Source of the DNA: Candidatus Multivoradales bacterium
GTDB taxonomy: Bacteria > Acidobacteriota > Thermoanaerobaculia > Multivoradales > Multivoraceae
Assembly: GCA_965223325.1 (NCBI GenBank)
Contig: CBDCWI010000002.1
Span: forward strand, 4,256,001 to 4,320,000
Length of the DNA stretch: 64,000 nt
Direction: 5' to 3'
The notes below the pieces were generated by a model. It saw nothing but the letters and a program-made list of their open reading frames with translations. It did no database searches and had not been told where the DNA came from. The position numbers were made by a program, and so were the translations under genes. Of this stretch, positions 9,386-19,158 are shown piece by piece; position 1 is the first letter of the stretch; each line of letters begins with the position of its first letter.

Positions 9386-10666
9386 ATGCCGAAGATTCTC
9401 CGCAACGTCGGTATTGCCGCCTTGATGATCGCTGTCGCTGTCGCCTGCACCGTCTGGATGGCGTTTGGTCGACTCGAGCGCGCCGAGGAAGCGATGTTTG
9501 ATCGTTGGCGTGAGCTGCTCGGCGGCCAGAGCTTTCTGGAGCGCTTCCCGGCGGTCGAGGCCAACGCGACGACACTCGAGATCGAACGACTCGCGGCGGT
9601 GCTCGGAATCGACGCCACACCACACGGCGCACCGCGAAAGGAGCCAGACGAGGAAATTGCTGCGGCGTTCGGTGAAACCTACGAGTTGCTGAAGGACTAC
9701 CTGGATGCAGTCCGCAAGACCGATCTCGACGAGTGGCCGGAGCCGCTGCCTGAGTTCGGTGACTTTTCGCGCCGCCATGCCGAAACGATCGAAGAGCTGG
9801 TAACGCTTCTCTTGTCGGCACCGCCTCCGGTCTGGAGGGGCGACCTGGCAGCTGGGTTCGAGGCAGAGTTGCCCAATCTCCTTGGAATCTTGAAGCTGCA
9901 GGTCGTCCTGCTGTCCCAGGCACACCAGTTCGCTGCGGACGGAGAGACGCGTTCGGCGCTGCGTGTTCTCGAGGCCTCGTGGCAACTCGACGCGGCGGTT
10001 CGTAAGCAGCCGTATCTGATCTCGGAACTGATCTCGCATGCCGTCATGCGCTATCAGCAGCCAGTTCTGCGCCGTTTGTGCAGGATTCCGCAGCAGGACG
10101 CCAACCGCTGGATCGAGCGTCTCGAGAACCTCGACAGTCGTCGCGAGACGCGCATCGCGCTAGCAGGGGAGGCGTTCGCTGCCCACCGCTCGGCGCAGAT
10201 GGGTGGCAGCGATCTGTGGGATGAAGACACGCCCAGGTGGATTGCATGGTTTGGCAAGCACGGCTTACGCGATTACTCCGTGCGCATGCACGCCTACGGC
10301 GAAGAGCTCAGTCAACGGGATCTGCTCACTTTCGACTCGCAGGCCTACCTCGACGAACACGAAGCCCGCATTCCGCGCTGGGCCATCGTTGCGAGAATTC
10401 TGCTCCCCAATTTCTCCGACGCCTGGGTTAGGGCGGCGCGCCTGGAGGTGTCGGCCGAACTGACGGCACGGGTTCTCGAGGAGCGGCTCCATCGCGCTGG
10501 CGGAGTGAACCTGGCGCGGGACGACAGAGATACTGCGATTGATGGCCTACGTTTCGTCTACGAGGAGTCCGAAGGAAACGTCACGATTACGGTTGATGGA
10601 GACGTTCTAGAACCCGGCGACAAAGCGGTTCCTTTGCGCTTCACCGTCAGCGCCGACTGCCGCTGA
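9386..10666 (+). CDS. Membrane-anchored helical hypothetical protein
   Basis: Long ORF with normal composition and a single N-terminal hydrophobic anchor (VGIAALMIAVAVACTVWMAF); no family recognised. Confidence 0.75.
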   Translation: MPKILRNVGIAALMIAVAVACTVWMAFGRLERAEEAMFDRWRELLGGQSFLERFPAVEANATTLEIERLAAVLGIDATPHGAPRKEPDEEIAAAFGETYELLKDYLDAVRKTDLDEWPEPLPEFGDFSRRHAETIEELVTLLLSAPPPVWRGDLAAGFEAELPNLLGILKLQVVLLSQAHQFAADGETRSALRVLEASWQLDAAVRKQPYLISELISHAVMRYQQPVLRRLCRIPQQDANRWIERLENLDSRRETRIALAGEAFAAHRSAQMGGSDLWDEDTPRWIAWFGKHGLRDYSVRMHAYGEELSQRDLLTFDSQAYLDEHEARIPRWAIVARILLPNFSDAWVRAARLEVSAELTARVLEERLHRAGGVNLARDDRDTAIDGLRFVYEESEGNVTITVDGDVLEPGDKAVPLRFTVSADCR

Positions 10667-10703
10667 CATCAAGTGGCCTTGGCCGGTGCGACCAGGGCAG
10701 GGA

Positions 10704-11051
10704 CTAACCGTTTGACTCGATGCTGGCGACCCAGAGGGAGATGGCTTCGAGGTCCTTCTTCGGACCCTCCCACTTGCCCTTGTGGTTTTTCTCGTTGAGC
10801 TTGACCTCTTTGAGGACGTAGCTCTTTACCCAGTCGGCGTCGCGCTGTTCGTCGACCTCACTGAGATCAGGTCCGTGCATCTTCTCGGACTTGGCGGTTG
10901 CCTTGATTTCGGCGCTCGACACGGCGTGGCACTTGTTGCATTTGTGTTCGACGAACTTTTCCTGACCGTCATCGGCGGCCACCATCGCAGGCGCCAGGCT
11001 CAGACCAAAAAAGAGGCCGGCGAAAAAGGCAGCTTGTCGTGCGTTGATCAT
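10704..11051 (-). CDS. Periplasmic monoheme class I cytochrome c (MtoD-like, probable His distal ligand)
   Basis: Signal peptide, single CNKCH, GPDLS motif; C-terminal half has KNHKGKW and no Met; GAGG SD before ATG 11051. Confidence 0.85.
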   Translation of the reverse strand: MINARQAAFFAGLFFGLSLAPAMVAADDGQEKFVEHKCNKCHAVSSAEIKATAKSEKMHGPDLSEVDEQRDADWVKSYVLKEVKLNEKNHKGKWEGPKKDLEAISLWVASIESNG

Positions 11052-11210
11052 CGACTGAAACCTCAAAGGTTGGTTCTGGGATCTCCGGGCTCTGCCTGAG
11101 ACAGAAACCTCGGTTGGAAAAGGCCGAGCCCTATCGCGGAGGGCTGTCGGGACTCACTCTGCGGCCGCTTGTGGCGCTTGTTCGCGACGGTTCTTCGAGG
11201 AGTCTCCCAA

Positions 11211-11414
11211 TCAGGACCGGGCGTAATTTATCAGGGTGGAAAGGTAGAGCAGGATGCCGACACCGATCATGGTGCCGCCCAGGAAGATGAAGCCCATAAA
11301 GGCAAACGGATGTGCGAAGTAGAGCGTGATTGCCTCGACCAGCAGCCCGATCAGGATGAAGATGCCCGCTAGCCGAAGGGTCTTTCGTGAATCTCGAAGG
11401 AGCGTTCTGATCAC
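11211..11414 (-). CDS. Small 2-TM membrane protein coupled to the NapC-type gene
   Basis: GTG at 11414 overlaps the upstream stop (GTGA); two hydrophobic helices LAGIFILIGLLVEAITL and FAFMGFIFLGGTMIGVGILLYL. Confidence 0.7.
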   Translation of the reverse strand: MIRTLLRDSRKTLRLAGIFILIGLLVEAITLYFAHPFAFMGFIFLGGTMIGVGILLYLSTLINYARS

Positions 11415-12037
11415 CGGACGGTTTCCTTCCACATCTCCATACCCGCGACCTCGTCGATCGGGTGAGCCAGGTCATGGCACTCGAGGCAGGAGGTTTCCCC
11501 CGTGATCAGGTCCTCTCGGTCGTCCTCATGGACGTCCTCGAAGTCACGCCCGTCGTCGTGGCAGTGCAAGCACTCCCGGTTGTCGTAGGGCTCATAGAGC
11601 TCGATCTCATCCGGGAGAGTGCCGACATAGTTGACCAGGAGGTGTTTGAAGCCGTTCATCTTGGCCCGCACGTCGCCGAACATTGTGTAGGTCGTGTGAC
11701 AGGAGTAGCAGGCATGGTCACGCGTGATCCGGTTGTTCTGATAGTGGGACGCCGGAAGGTACTCATCTGAATCGTCAATGAGCAGCGTCTTCCCGTAGGG
11801 TTCCATGACATGACAGGAGAGGCAGAACGCGGTGGTCTTGGACTTCTCGAGGTGTGTTGAGGTTCCTGCAACGAGTGCCAGAATTGGCATGACGAGAAAG
11901 ATCGAGAAGACGAGGATCCTTCCGCCTCGATGGTTGACAACCCCTGGTCGCTTGATGATCGCGACGATCAGGAGCGCGAGCAGAAGAATGAAGACGGTCA
12001 GACCGCCCTCGAACAGTGGGAGAGATTCACCGGTCAT
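11411..12037 (-). CDS. NapC/NirT/CymA-family tetraheme quinol dehydrogenase
   Basis: Four CxxCH motifs (FCLSCHVM, CYSCH, CLHCH, CLECH..AHP), CxxCHxM at heme 1, conserved Lys in 'AKMNG', two N-terminal TM helices. Confidence 0.9.
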   Translation of the reverse strand: MTGESLPLFEGGLTVFILLLALLIVAIIKRPGVVNHRGGRILVFSIFLVMPILALVAGTSTHLEKSKTTAFCLSCHVMEPYGKTLLIDDSDEYLPASHYQNNRITRDHACYSCHTTYTMFGDVRAKMNGFKHLLVNYVGTLPDEIELYEPYDNRECLHCHDDGRDFEDVHEDDREDLITGETSCLECHDLAHPIDEVAGMEMWKETVR

Positions 12038-12131
12038 GCACTTGTCCTGAAGCCCTTCTCGACGGCCGCCATCGGAGACTCCGTGGCAGCATCGTCAAGA
12101 GATCGCGGCGGCGGTCGCAGGCGTCTCGCAA

Positions 12132-14051
12132 TTAGTGGAATCGATAGCCGACACCGAACTCAGTGATGTCGGCGTCGTAGTTGTTGAAGCCACGGACCGG
12201 TTCGTCGTAGTCGATGGAGCGGTAGCCAAGGTGCAGCAGGTAGCTGTTTGGAAGTTCAACGTCAGCGTAGATGCGATAGTCGTCCTGATCGCGGTCGAAG
12301 CTGCCGCTGTTTTCGTAGAAACGTATATTGGCACCGAGCGTCAACATCTCCAGGGCCTGCCAACGGATCGCACCGTCGATGAAGTCCGCATCGCTCTGGA
12401 AGAGAACGGGGAACAGGAACTGTTCGCCGCCGCCGAAGCCAGGTGCGGTTGTCACGATTCGATCGACTCTCCGCTCAGTGTCGATGAAGCTGTAGCCGAG
12501 CGATGCCTCGAGACCGTCCGTTCGGTAGCCCGCCCGTAGCGAGAGACTGTCGAAATCCGACTGCCACCCTCGGGCGCCGTTCTGAGCGACGTTGTTCTCG
12601 AAACGGTACTGGAGCAGTGTTCCGCTGCCAAAGAAGCCCGAGCCGTGGTTGACCCTGGCCTGAAGGCGGACTCTCTGTCGATCGGTTGGGGAGGAGAGAG
12701 TGAATGGGTTGTCGTAGGAGCTGTCTTCGAACTGCGCCTGCAGCCTGACGATCCGGTTTGGGGACCAGCCGGCGGTCAGGTAGTAGCCAGTGTGGTCGGT
12801 CTCGGAGGCGTCGGAGTGCGGCTCACCGTCTTCGGTGATCGACCAGTCGACGTCGCGATTCTCTTCGCGGAGCCCAGCTCCGACAGTTACGCCCTCCGCT
12901 ACCGCGACTTCGACACCTGCTTCGATTGTCTGCGTACGGACGTCCCACCGGCTGGCTGCGTCCTCGCCACCGAAGAACACGTCTCCGTTCTGCTCGAGGT
13001 CGTGCTGACGCACGCCGGCGACAACCGATACACGTGGGTTGATCAGGTAGGAAAGGTCGACATCGAAGAGTTGTAGCTCGCGATCGAGCTGGGTGTGGCC
13101 GCTCGTGTCGGTACTGAAGGGGACGTTGTTGAAGCCGATTCCCTGCGACCGCTCGCTTGGTTTCGTGTCGAGGTCGAAGTCGAGTAGAGCTCCTGCCAAC
13201 GTCACGTTCAACCGATCGGTCGGGCGAAGACTCAGCGACACGTGGTGTTGCTGCGACTCCATATCAGTTGGTTGATCGAGGAAGTAGAAGTCGAGAATCG
13301 TGTTGTTCGTGGTGTTCTCGCCCAGGGACCGACCCGGCAGGAAGATGGTTCGCGCGTTGTCGTATTCCTGGTGGGTTTCACGCAGCTGGAGCGTGGCTTT
13401 GTCCCAGGAGTACTGGAAGTTGACCTTGAGCTCGTCGAGCTTCTCGTCGATCGGTTGATCCATCTCGAACTCGTCTCTAGACACGTCGAGGGTCGTGGTG
13501 CTCTCACCGAGTTTGGTGAAGCGATCGAACGCGACGTCGAGCCGGGCGCGTTCCGTGAGGCGGAAGTCGAGGCTTGCGAAATCACGAACTCGACGGAAGT
13601 TGAAGTGATGGAAGTCGCCGGCGTTGGCCAGGCGCGCATTGCCGAGTTCGACTGGTAGAATCACGTCTTCGTAGAAGTAGCTCGCTTCGCGGCGACCCAG
13701 GTTGAACTGATAGGCGCCGAACTTTCGAATCGACAGATCGATGGACTCGAACGGCTGCCCGCCGAGATTATTCGCGTCGAGGCGCACCTCGTCTGCGAAA
13801 TCACCCTTCGGTCGTAGGAGAAAGTCGAGCCCAAAGAGACTGGCGCCATCATCGACGTTGATGTGTTGGCGGTATTTCTCCTGTCGACCTCCGACGTCGA
13901 CCGAGCGCCAGCCGAGAGTAAAGCTACCCTCGAATTCTGTCTGTGGCGGTTCTTCTTCCGTTTCTTGAGCTCGGGCGCCAGGCGAGAGCGCGGGAAGCGC
14001 AACTGCGAAGAGGGCGAGGGCGAGGGAGAAGCGCGTACGTTTCGTCATCAT
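12132..14051 (-). CDS. MtrB/PioB-like outer-membrane beta-barrel porin
   Basis: Signal peptide (ARA-Q), alternating beta-strand pattern, N-terminal 'EKYRQHINVDDG', C-terminal FGVGYRFH; 639 aa; directly downstream of the decaheme gene. Confidence 0.82.
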   Translation of the reverse strand: MMTKRTRFSLALALFAVALPALSPGARAQETEEEPPQTEFEGSFTLGWRSVDVGGRQEKYRQHINVDDGASLFGLDFLLRPKGDFADEVRLDANNLGGQPFESIDLSIRKFGAYQFNLGRREASYFYEDVILPVELGNARLANAGDFHHFNFRRVRDFASLDFRLTERARLDVAFDRFTKLGESTTTLDVSRDEFEMDQPIDEKLDELKVNFQYSWDKATLQLRETHQEYDNARTIFLPGRSLGENTTNNTILDFYFLDQPTDMESQQHHVSLSLRPTDRLNVTLAGALLDFDLDTKPSERSQGIGFNNVPFSTDTSGHTQLDRELQLFDVDLSYLINPRVSVVAGVRQHDLEQNGDVFFGGEDAASRWDVRTQTIEAGVEVAVAEGVTVGAGLREENRDVDWSITEDGEPHSDASETDHTGYYLTAGWSPNRIVRLQAQFEDSSYDNPFTLSSPTDRQRVRLQARVNHGSGFFGSGTLLQYRFENNVAQNGARGWQSDFDSLSLRAGYRTDGLEASLGYSFIDTERRVDRIVTTAPGFGGGEQFLFPVLFQSDADFIDGAIRWQALEMLTLGANIRFYENSGSFDRDQDDYRIYADVELPNSYLLHLGYRSIDYDEPVRGFNNYDADITEFGVGYRFH

Positions 14052-14062
14052 GGCCTTGCTTC

Positions 14063-15007
14063 CTATTGGAGAAACGCCGGGTGGAGGTTGGAGCCGTGAA
14101 TCTGGGAATGACAGCTCGTACACTGCGACTCCTCGGTGAACCGGGTATGGAAGCCAGGTACCACGGCGTGGCAGCTGTAGCACTGCTCGGCGACGGCCTG
14201 GAAGTTGAGCATGTGACGATTTGGAGAGCCGTGTGGTGAGTGGCACGACGCGCAGCCTTCCGTTCGGCCGGCTGGGTGCTCGAAGACCCAGGGGCCGTTC
14301 TTGTCGACGTGGCACTGAGCGCACTGCTGTTGCTTGAAACCGCCCAGGGCCACCCGCGCTGATCTTTCGTGCGGGTTGTGGCAGGAAGTGCACTCCAGGA
14401 CGCCTTCCTCGATCCGGTGACCTCGCTCGGTCGCGCCGAACTGCGCGAAAACGGTGTTGTGGCACTCGGCGCAAGTCGCCGAGGGGCGGTCGCCCAGATC
14501 GAAGAGGGCGCTGGCCTCTCTTGGCTCTCTGGCGTGACTGTCGTGACAGTCGAGACAGTCGAGGCCAGCCTTGGCGTGATCACTGTTGGCAAACCGCGAG
14601 TGGTTGTCGCTGTGGCATCCGAGGCAAACCTGGCTGTTCTCCGCCGGGCTGCCAGCGAAGGAGAAGATGGGGCCCTCCCCTTCGGTCGCCATGTGCTCGG
14701 TGGCTCCCGTGTGGCACGCGGTGCAGCTACTCGACGCGCCTGTCAATGAGCTGACGAGGTCCTCGCGGTCGAGAGCGACGTGTGGAGTGTGCTGGAGCGA
14801 AGTTTCATCGTGACATTCGACGCAATCGGCGACCGCAATGGACGCACCATCGGCCGAGGCGACGCTCTTGCTGCTGGTGGATTCGCCTTCGGTACCGCCA
14901 CTGGCAAGGGCTGTGGCGCCGGTAGAAAGTGCCAAGGCCAACGCGAACCCGCAGGTTGCGCTCCACAGCCATCGGTGGATCCAAATTCGCGTGATCAGTC
15001 TTGACAA
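14063..15007 (-). CDS. Decaheme c-type cytochrome, DmsE/MtrA/MtoA/PioA family
   Basis: Ten CxxCH motifs (CVECH, CTACH, CLGCH, CLDCH, CAECH, CTSCH, CAQCH, CASCH, CYSCH, CTSCH), GPWVFEHP and terminal CHSQIHGSN signature; signal peptide; TTG 15007 follows a GGGGGAGG SD. Confidence 0.92.
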   Translation of the reverse strand: MSRLITRIWIHRWLWSATCGFALALALSTGATALASGGTEGESTSSKSVASADGASIAVADCVECHDETSLQHTPHVALDREDLVSSLTGASSSCTACHTGATEHMATEGEGPIFSFAGSPAENSQVCLGCHSDNHSRFANSDHAKAGLDCLDCHDSHAREPREASALFDLGDRPSATCAECHNTVFAQFGATERGHRIEEGVLECTSCHNPHERSARVALGGFKQQQCAQCHVDKNGPWVFEHPAGRTEGCASCHSPHGSPNRHMLNFQAVAEQCYSCHAVVPGFHTRFTEESQCTSCHSQIHGSNLHPAFLQ

Positions 15008-15458
15008 CTGGCCCTCCCCCTTCTTTGGTTCGTTGCTTCTAGAGGCTGCGATCGGAGAAGTGGGCGGCAACCCGACACCTCCAGAATCCGCGTGGAGTCA
15101 GTGAGGCCTCCAAGCTTCAACAAACTAGTCGCTCGATCAGAGTGCGCATACCGCGGTTTGCCGCGCGGACCTAGGTCTGATCCGAAGACCGGATCAGGAT
15201 TTGCCGAACTGATCAACGGAACGGACGCGTCTCGGCACTTATGCGAGATGACAGTTGTCACCTTCCTCGCCTCTGACCCCCGTTTCACCGATACCTTCCC
15301 CCGCGCCTCGCCGCGCCTACTCAGCAGGTGCGGAGGCGCTCTCGGTGTGAGTGGCCGTTCGGTCGCCTGGCGTGAGAAGCTCCAGGGCGCGTCGTGCTTT
15401 GCTCGACCGCAACCGTGGGCGATCCGTTGCGAAGATGAAGACCGTGAAGGAGCGAGCG

Positions 15459-16037
15459 ATGAAGCGCGAAACCAGGAGTGCCCTCCTTTCAGCAGTCCTC
15501 GAGGCCGGGCTCGTCGTTCTCGGGGTGGTGCTGGCTCTGCTCGCCAACGAGTGGCGTCAGGACGTTGCGAATCGCAAGGCGGGCCGGATCGCCGTCGAGA
15601 GCGTAGTCGCTGAGTTGCGCTAGAATCGCGAGGCCCTTTCCGCGAGTCGCGAGTACCATGCAGGTTTGCAAGATTTGATCATCGGCGCCCTCGCGTCGGA
15701 GCGACTGCTCTCTCCCGGCGACTTTCCTCGTGGCTTCGTCAATGCCACGCCGACTTTCGATTCGGCGTGGCAAATGGCGCTGGCGACAGGTGCCCTCGAG
15801 CACGTTCCCTACCCAACCCGCCTCGAACTGTCGCGCCTCTACGCGCAGCAGGCACGCTACGAGAAACAGTCAGAACTGGTTGGAGGCCTGATCTATCAGG
15901 CTCTGTTCGAGGGCGGTGCCCAGGAGGTTGTCGGCCGCCCTCGATCCCTATTGACCCTGATCGCGACGTTCGTCTATCGCGAGGCGGCGCTCGAAGAGAG
16001 CTACGACGAGACACTGGCAATGCTCGAGTCCCTGTGA
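15459..16037 (+). pseudogene. Membrane-anchored hypothetical protein interrupted by an in-frame TAG (15621-15623)
   Basis: ORFs 15351-15623 and 15666-16037 share a frame: ..LEAGLVVLGVVLALLANEWRQ..VVAELR*NREALSASREYHAGLQ..FDSAWQMALATGAL..; AAGGAG SD before ATG 15459. Confidence 0.75.
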
Positions 16038-16058
16038 GCGTCTGGCGCCTGGTGGTGT

Positions 16059-17153
16059 TCAGCGCATCGCACCGATACTGAGGCAGGTCTCGCACGAACG
16101 ATTGATACTGGTGAAGCCGATCAACTCGATCTCTTGCGACAGGTGCTCGGGCCGAACCGGTTCTTCAGTCATCAGCGCGGTGCTCAGATATTTCTTGTTG
16201 CTGTCTGGGAAGAGCGTCACCACGACGGCGTCGCTGTCCGATCGCGAACCCTCTGACAGCTCAGCCTGCGTCATGACGGCGCCGAGGAAGTTCGCGCCCG
16301 ACGAGATGCCCACCCCGAGCCCCAGTTCGGCGGCGAGTTTCTGCGCCATGAGGATGGCGTCGCCATCGTCGACGGCAATGACCTCGTCGAGCTCGTCGAG
16401 CTCGACGATGGGTGGGACGAACTCGTCAGAGATCCCCTGGATGCGATGCTGACCACTGTTGCGACCGATGGTGAGAATCGGCGAGTTGGCGGGTTCGAGA
16501 GGGTGGATCTTGATGCCGGGGAACCGGGAGCGCAGGTGCTTTCCGACCCCCATGACGGTGCCACCCGTCCCGACGCCGGCTATGAACGCCTGCGGCTCGA
16601 GATGATGCGCCCTGAGCTGGTAGTAGATCTCTGGGCCGGTCGTCGAGGCATGCGCTTCGCAGTTGTCCTGGTTGGCGAACTGCCGGGGGAGAAACGCTTT
16701 GGGCGTGTCTCTAGCGAGTTGCTCGGCTAGCTCGATACTGCCAATGAACCCGCCCTGGTCACGGCTCACCGAGTGAATCAGAGCGCCAAACGATCGAATC
16801 AGATTGCGGCGTTCTTCACTCATCCACTCGGGCATGAAGATCGCTACCGGGTGTCCCAGCGCTCGGCCGATCGCTGCAAAGGCAATGCCGGTGTTGCCAC
16901 TCGTCGCTTCGATGATCAGAGCCCCCGGCTCGAGGGCACCACGCTCATAGGCACGGCTGAGAATGTAGAGCGCCATGCGATCCTTGACGCTCCCGGTCAT
17001 GTTGAGAGCTTCGCTCTTGGCGTAGATCCGCCGCGCGATGCCGCGAAAGCGGTAGTCGATCGCCAACAGCGGCGTATTACCCACCAGCCTGCGGAGGCCG
17101 TGGAGTCGCATTCCCAGCAAGGTGTCGGGCTTGTGTTCGAGGCTGAAGGTCAC
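16059..17153 (-). CDS. PLP-dependent cysteine synthase family protein
   Basis: [22 protein letters not shown] (PLP Lys), [30 protein letters not shown]; GTG 17153 follows GGGAG. Confidence 0.92.
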   Translation of the reverse strand: MTFSLEHKPDTLLGMRLHGLRRLVGNTPLLAIDYRFRGIARRIYAKSEALNMTGSVKDRMALYILSRAYERGALEPGALIIEATSGNTGIAFAAIGRALGHPVAIFMPEWMSEERRNLIRSFGALIHSVSRDQGGFIGSIELAEQLARDTPKAFLPRQFANQDNCEAHASTTGPEIYYQLRAHHLEPQAFIAGVGTGGTVMGVGKHLRSRFPGIKIHPLEPANSPILTIGRNSGQHRIQGISDEFVPPIVELDELDEVIAVDDGDAILMAQKLAAELGLGVGISSGANFLGAVMTQAELSEGSRSDSDAVVVTLFPDSNKKYLSTALMTEEPVRPEHLSQEIELIGFTSINRSCETCLSIGAMR

Positions 17154-17340
17154 CGTCTTCTCCCTGAGCCTCCGTGGGCTCGTCTTCTCCCGAGCGTATG
17201 AAATCGGAGAGCCTTCTTGAAGCGAGCAGCCCGTGGCGGAGAGCCCCCGCGTGGTTCCAGGTCGTACTGTTGTTTCGTCGTTCCTGGCACCGTGGAAACT
17301 ACCTCGTTTGGCGTTTGTGGCTGCTTCCGCCCGCGGCTTC

Positions 17341-19158
17341 TCAGCCGGCGGCTTTCGCCTGCGTTTCGGTTTCTTCCAGCTCGGGCTCTCCCAGGTCACC
17401 CGCGACGGCTACCTGATAGTGGCTCTGCTCGTTGAGGACCAGCCTGGCGATGCGTTTGGCGAAGTAGTAGATCCGACGTAGAGCTTCGATCATCTCCACC
17501 TCGAGCCGAAACACGTCGACTCGATGAGATTCTTCCGCCGACAGACGATTCGCGATCTGTCCTTCGACCCTTTCGGAGAGGTGGTTGATCTGCTGCTTGG
17601 CTTCCACCACCGTTCGCGCCAGGGCACGGTCCTCAGTGGTCAAAGCGCGAGTCGCGGTTTCGAGAGCCCAACCGACTTTGTCGCCGAGCTCTTTCAGCAT
17701 CTGCTGGGTCGCCATGCTGAAGGTGACCCCGGATTCGGCACGACGATCTCCGATTCCGACCAGGTTGGTCTCGACTACGTCACCGATTCCTTCCAGATAG
17801 TTCGCAGCCGCCACATACACCGATAGGCGGCTGGACTGACCCGGTGTCACATCGACCGCAGAAACCTGGGAGATGTTCGACACTAGATCGATGTGGAGCT
17901 CATCGACTGCCGAATCCTTCGCCTCCAGCTGGCGCAGGTCCTGGGTGCTGCCGTTGAGAACTGGTTCGACCGCTTCGGAGTACAGCTCGACGGTTTTCTC
18001 TGACAGAGCCGCGAGCTCAGCTCGGACGACGTCGAGGGCCAGCGAGGGGGAATGGCGTAGCACGTCGTCGAGGGCGGTCCGTCGGCGGCGAGCCTGGCCT
18101 CGGGCCTGAAGCGGCCGATCGGGGATGAGACGTTCGACCAGACGAGCGATCAGAGGAGTAAAGCCGATGAAGGTCAACGTATTGGCGACATTGAAGATTG
18201 TGTGGGCATTGGCGATCTGGCGGGGGGTTTCGGCTCGTAGCTGCTCAATGCCGGCTAGCCCCTGGGCTTCCGGTGAAATCAGGCGGACAAAGTTCGCCAG
18301 GAGCGGAATCAGGCCCAGCCAGATCAAGACCCCCGAAGTGTTGAACAGGATGTGGACGGCAGCAGCACGCACGGCTTCCCGGGGCTTTCCGATGGAGGCC
18401 AAGAGCGCCGTGATGCAGGTGCCTATGTTGGCCCCGAACACCAGCGCGATGCCTGCCTCGAGGCTCAGCATTCCCTGACTGGCGAGCACGATGATGACGC
18501 CGGTGGTCGCCGACGAGCTCTGCACCAGAGCCGTGAAGAGGGAGCTGAACGCGACCGCCAGAATCGGATTGCTCAAACTGCTCATCACGTTGACGAACGG
18601 TTGGTACGAGACCAGAGGGCTCATCGACTCCTTCATCAGCTCCATGCCGAAAAAGATGAGGCCGAGGCCGAGGATGACGCTGCCGTACAGCTGGATGCGC
18701 TTGCTCCGTGAGATGTAGGAAACGAAGAAACCCACGGCCAGAAGCAACAGTGAGTACTTGGTTACCTTGAAGGCGATGATCTGGGCGGTGATCGTGGTTC
18801 CGATCTCGGCACCCATGATGATCGGGATCGATTGCGCCAGGGACAAGAGCCCAGCCGAGATGAAGCCGACCACGAGTACCGTGGTCACCGATGAGGACTG
18901 GATGGTGGCAGTGATCACCGCGCCAGCGACGACGCCCTTGAAGCGATTCGTTGTCATGCGGGCGAGGAAGCCCTTCATGCGATCGCCCGCAACCAGGCGC
19001 AGGGAGTCGGTCAGCTTGTCCATCCCATACAGGAACAGGGCGAGCCCCCCGAACAACCCCATCGCCAGCACCCCGAGCTCGAGCTGGTTGGGGCGATTCG
19101 GTACGACCTCGGCAGCCAAGAACACAGCTGGGGCGAAGCCAGGCATAGTCAAAGCCAT
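17341..19158 (-). CDS. Na+/Pi cotransporter (NptA/YjbB family) with PhoU-like C-terminal domain
   Basis: [10 protein letters not shown], duplicated QSSS motifs ([16 protein letters not shown]), [24 protein letters not shown]. Confidence 0.92.
   Translation of the reverse strand: MALTMPGFAPAVFLAAEVVPNRPNQLELGVLAMGLFGGLALFLYGMDKLTDSLRLVAGDRMKGFLARMTTNRFKGVVAGAVITATIQSSSVTTVLVVGFISAGLLSLAQSIPIIMGAEIGTTITAQIIAFKVTKYSLLLLAVGFFVSYISRSKRIQLYGSVILGLGLIFFGMELMKESMSPLVSYQPFVNVMSSLSNPILAVAFSSLFTALVQSSSATTGVIIVLASQGMLSLEAGIALVFGANIGTCITALLASIGKPREAVRAAAVHILFNTSGVLIWLGLIPLLANFVRLISPEAQGLAGIEQLRAETPRQIANAHTIFNVANTLTFIGFTPLIARLVERLIPDRPLQARGQARRRRTALDDVLRHSPSLALDVVRAELAALSEKTVELYSEAVEPVLNGSTQDLRQLEAKDSAVDELHIDLVSNISQVSAVDVTPGQSSRLSVYVAAANYLEGIGDVVETNLVGIGDRRAESGVTFSMATQQMLKELGDKVGWALETATRALTTEDRALARTVVEAKQQINHLSERVEGQIANRLSAEESHRVDVFRLEVEMIEALRRIYYFAKRIARLVLNEQSHYQVAVAGDLGEPELEETETQAKAAG

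Noticed and set aside
9037-9618. N-terminal extension of the DUF4157 ORF (521 aa in the track)
   Set aside because: Overlaps the opposite-strand gene at 9386, is Arg/Ser-rich and implausible; there is a clear SD before ATG 9036.
14052-14474. N-terminal extension of the porin ORF (780 aa in the track)
   Set aside because: Overlaps the decaheme gene in another frame; signal peptide and SD begin at 14051.
15201-15216. FNR-like box TTGCC-N6-ATCAA upstream of the decaheme gene
   Set aside because: Spacing and left half-site do not fit TTGAT-N4-ATCAA.
15621-15623. Alternative genetic code with TAG reassigned
   Set aside because: TAG terminates several well-defined genes here (e.g. decaheme cytochrome, porin, pgl, acyl-CoA dehydrogenase), and only one internal TAG was seen.
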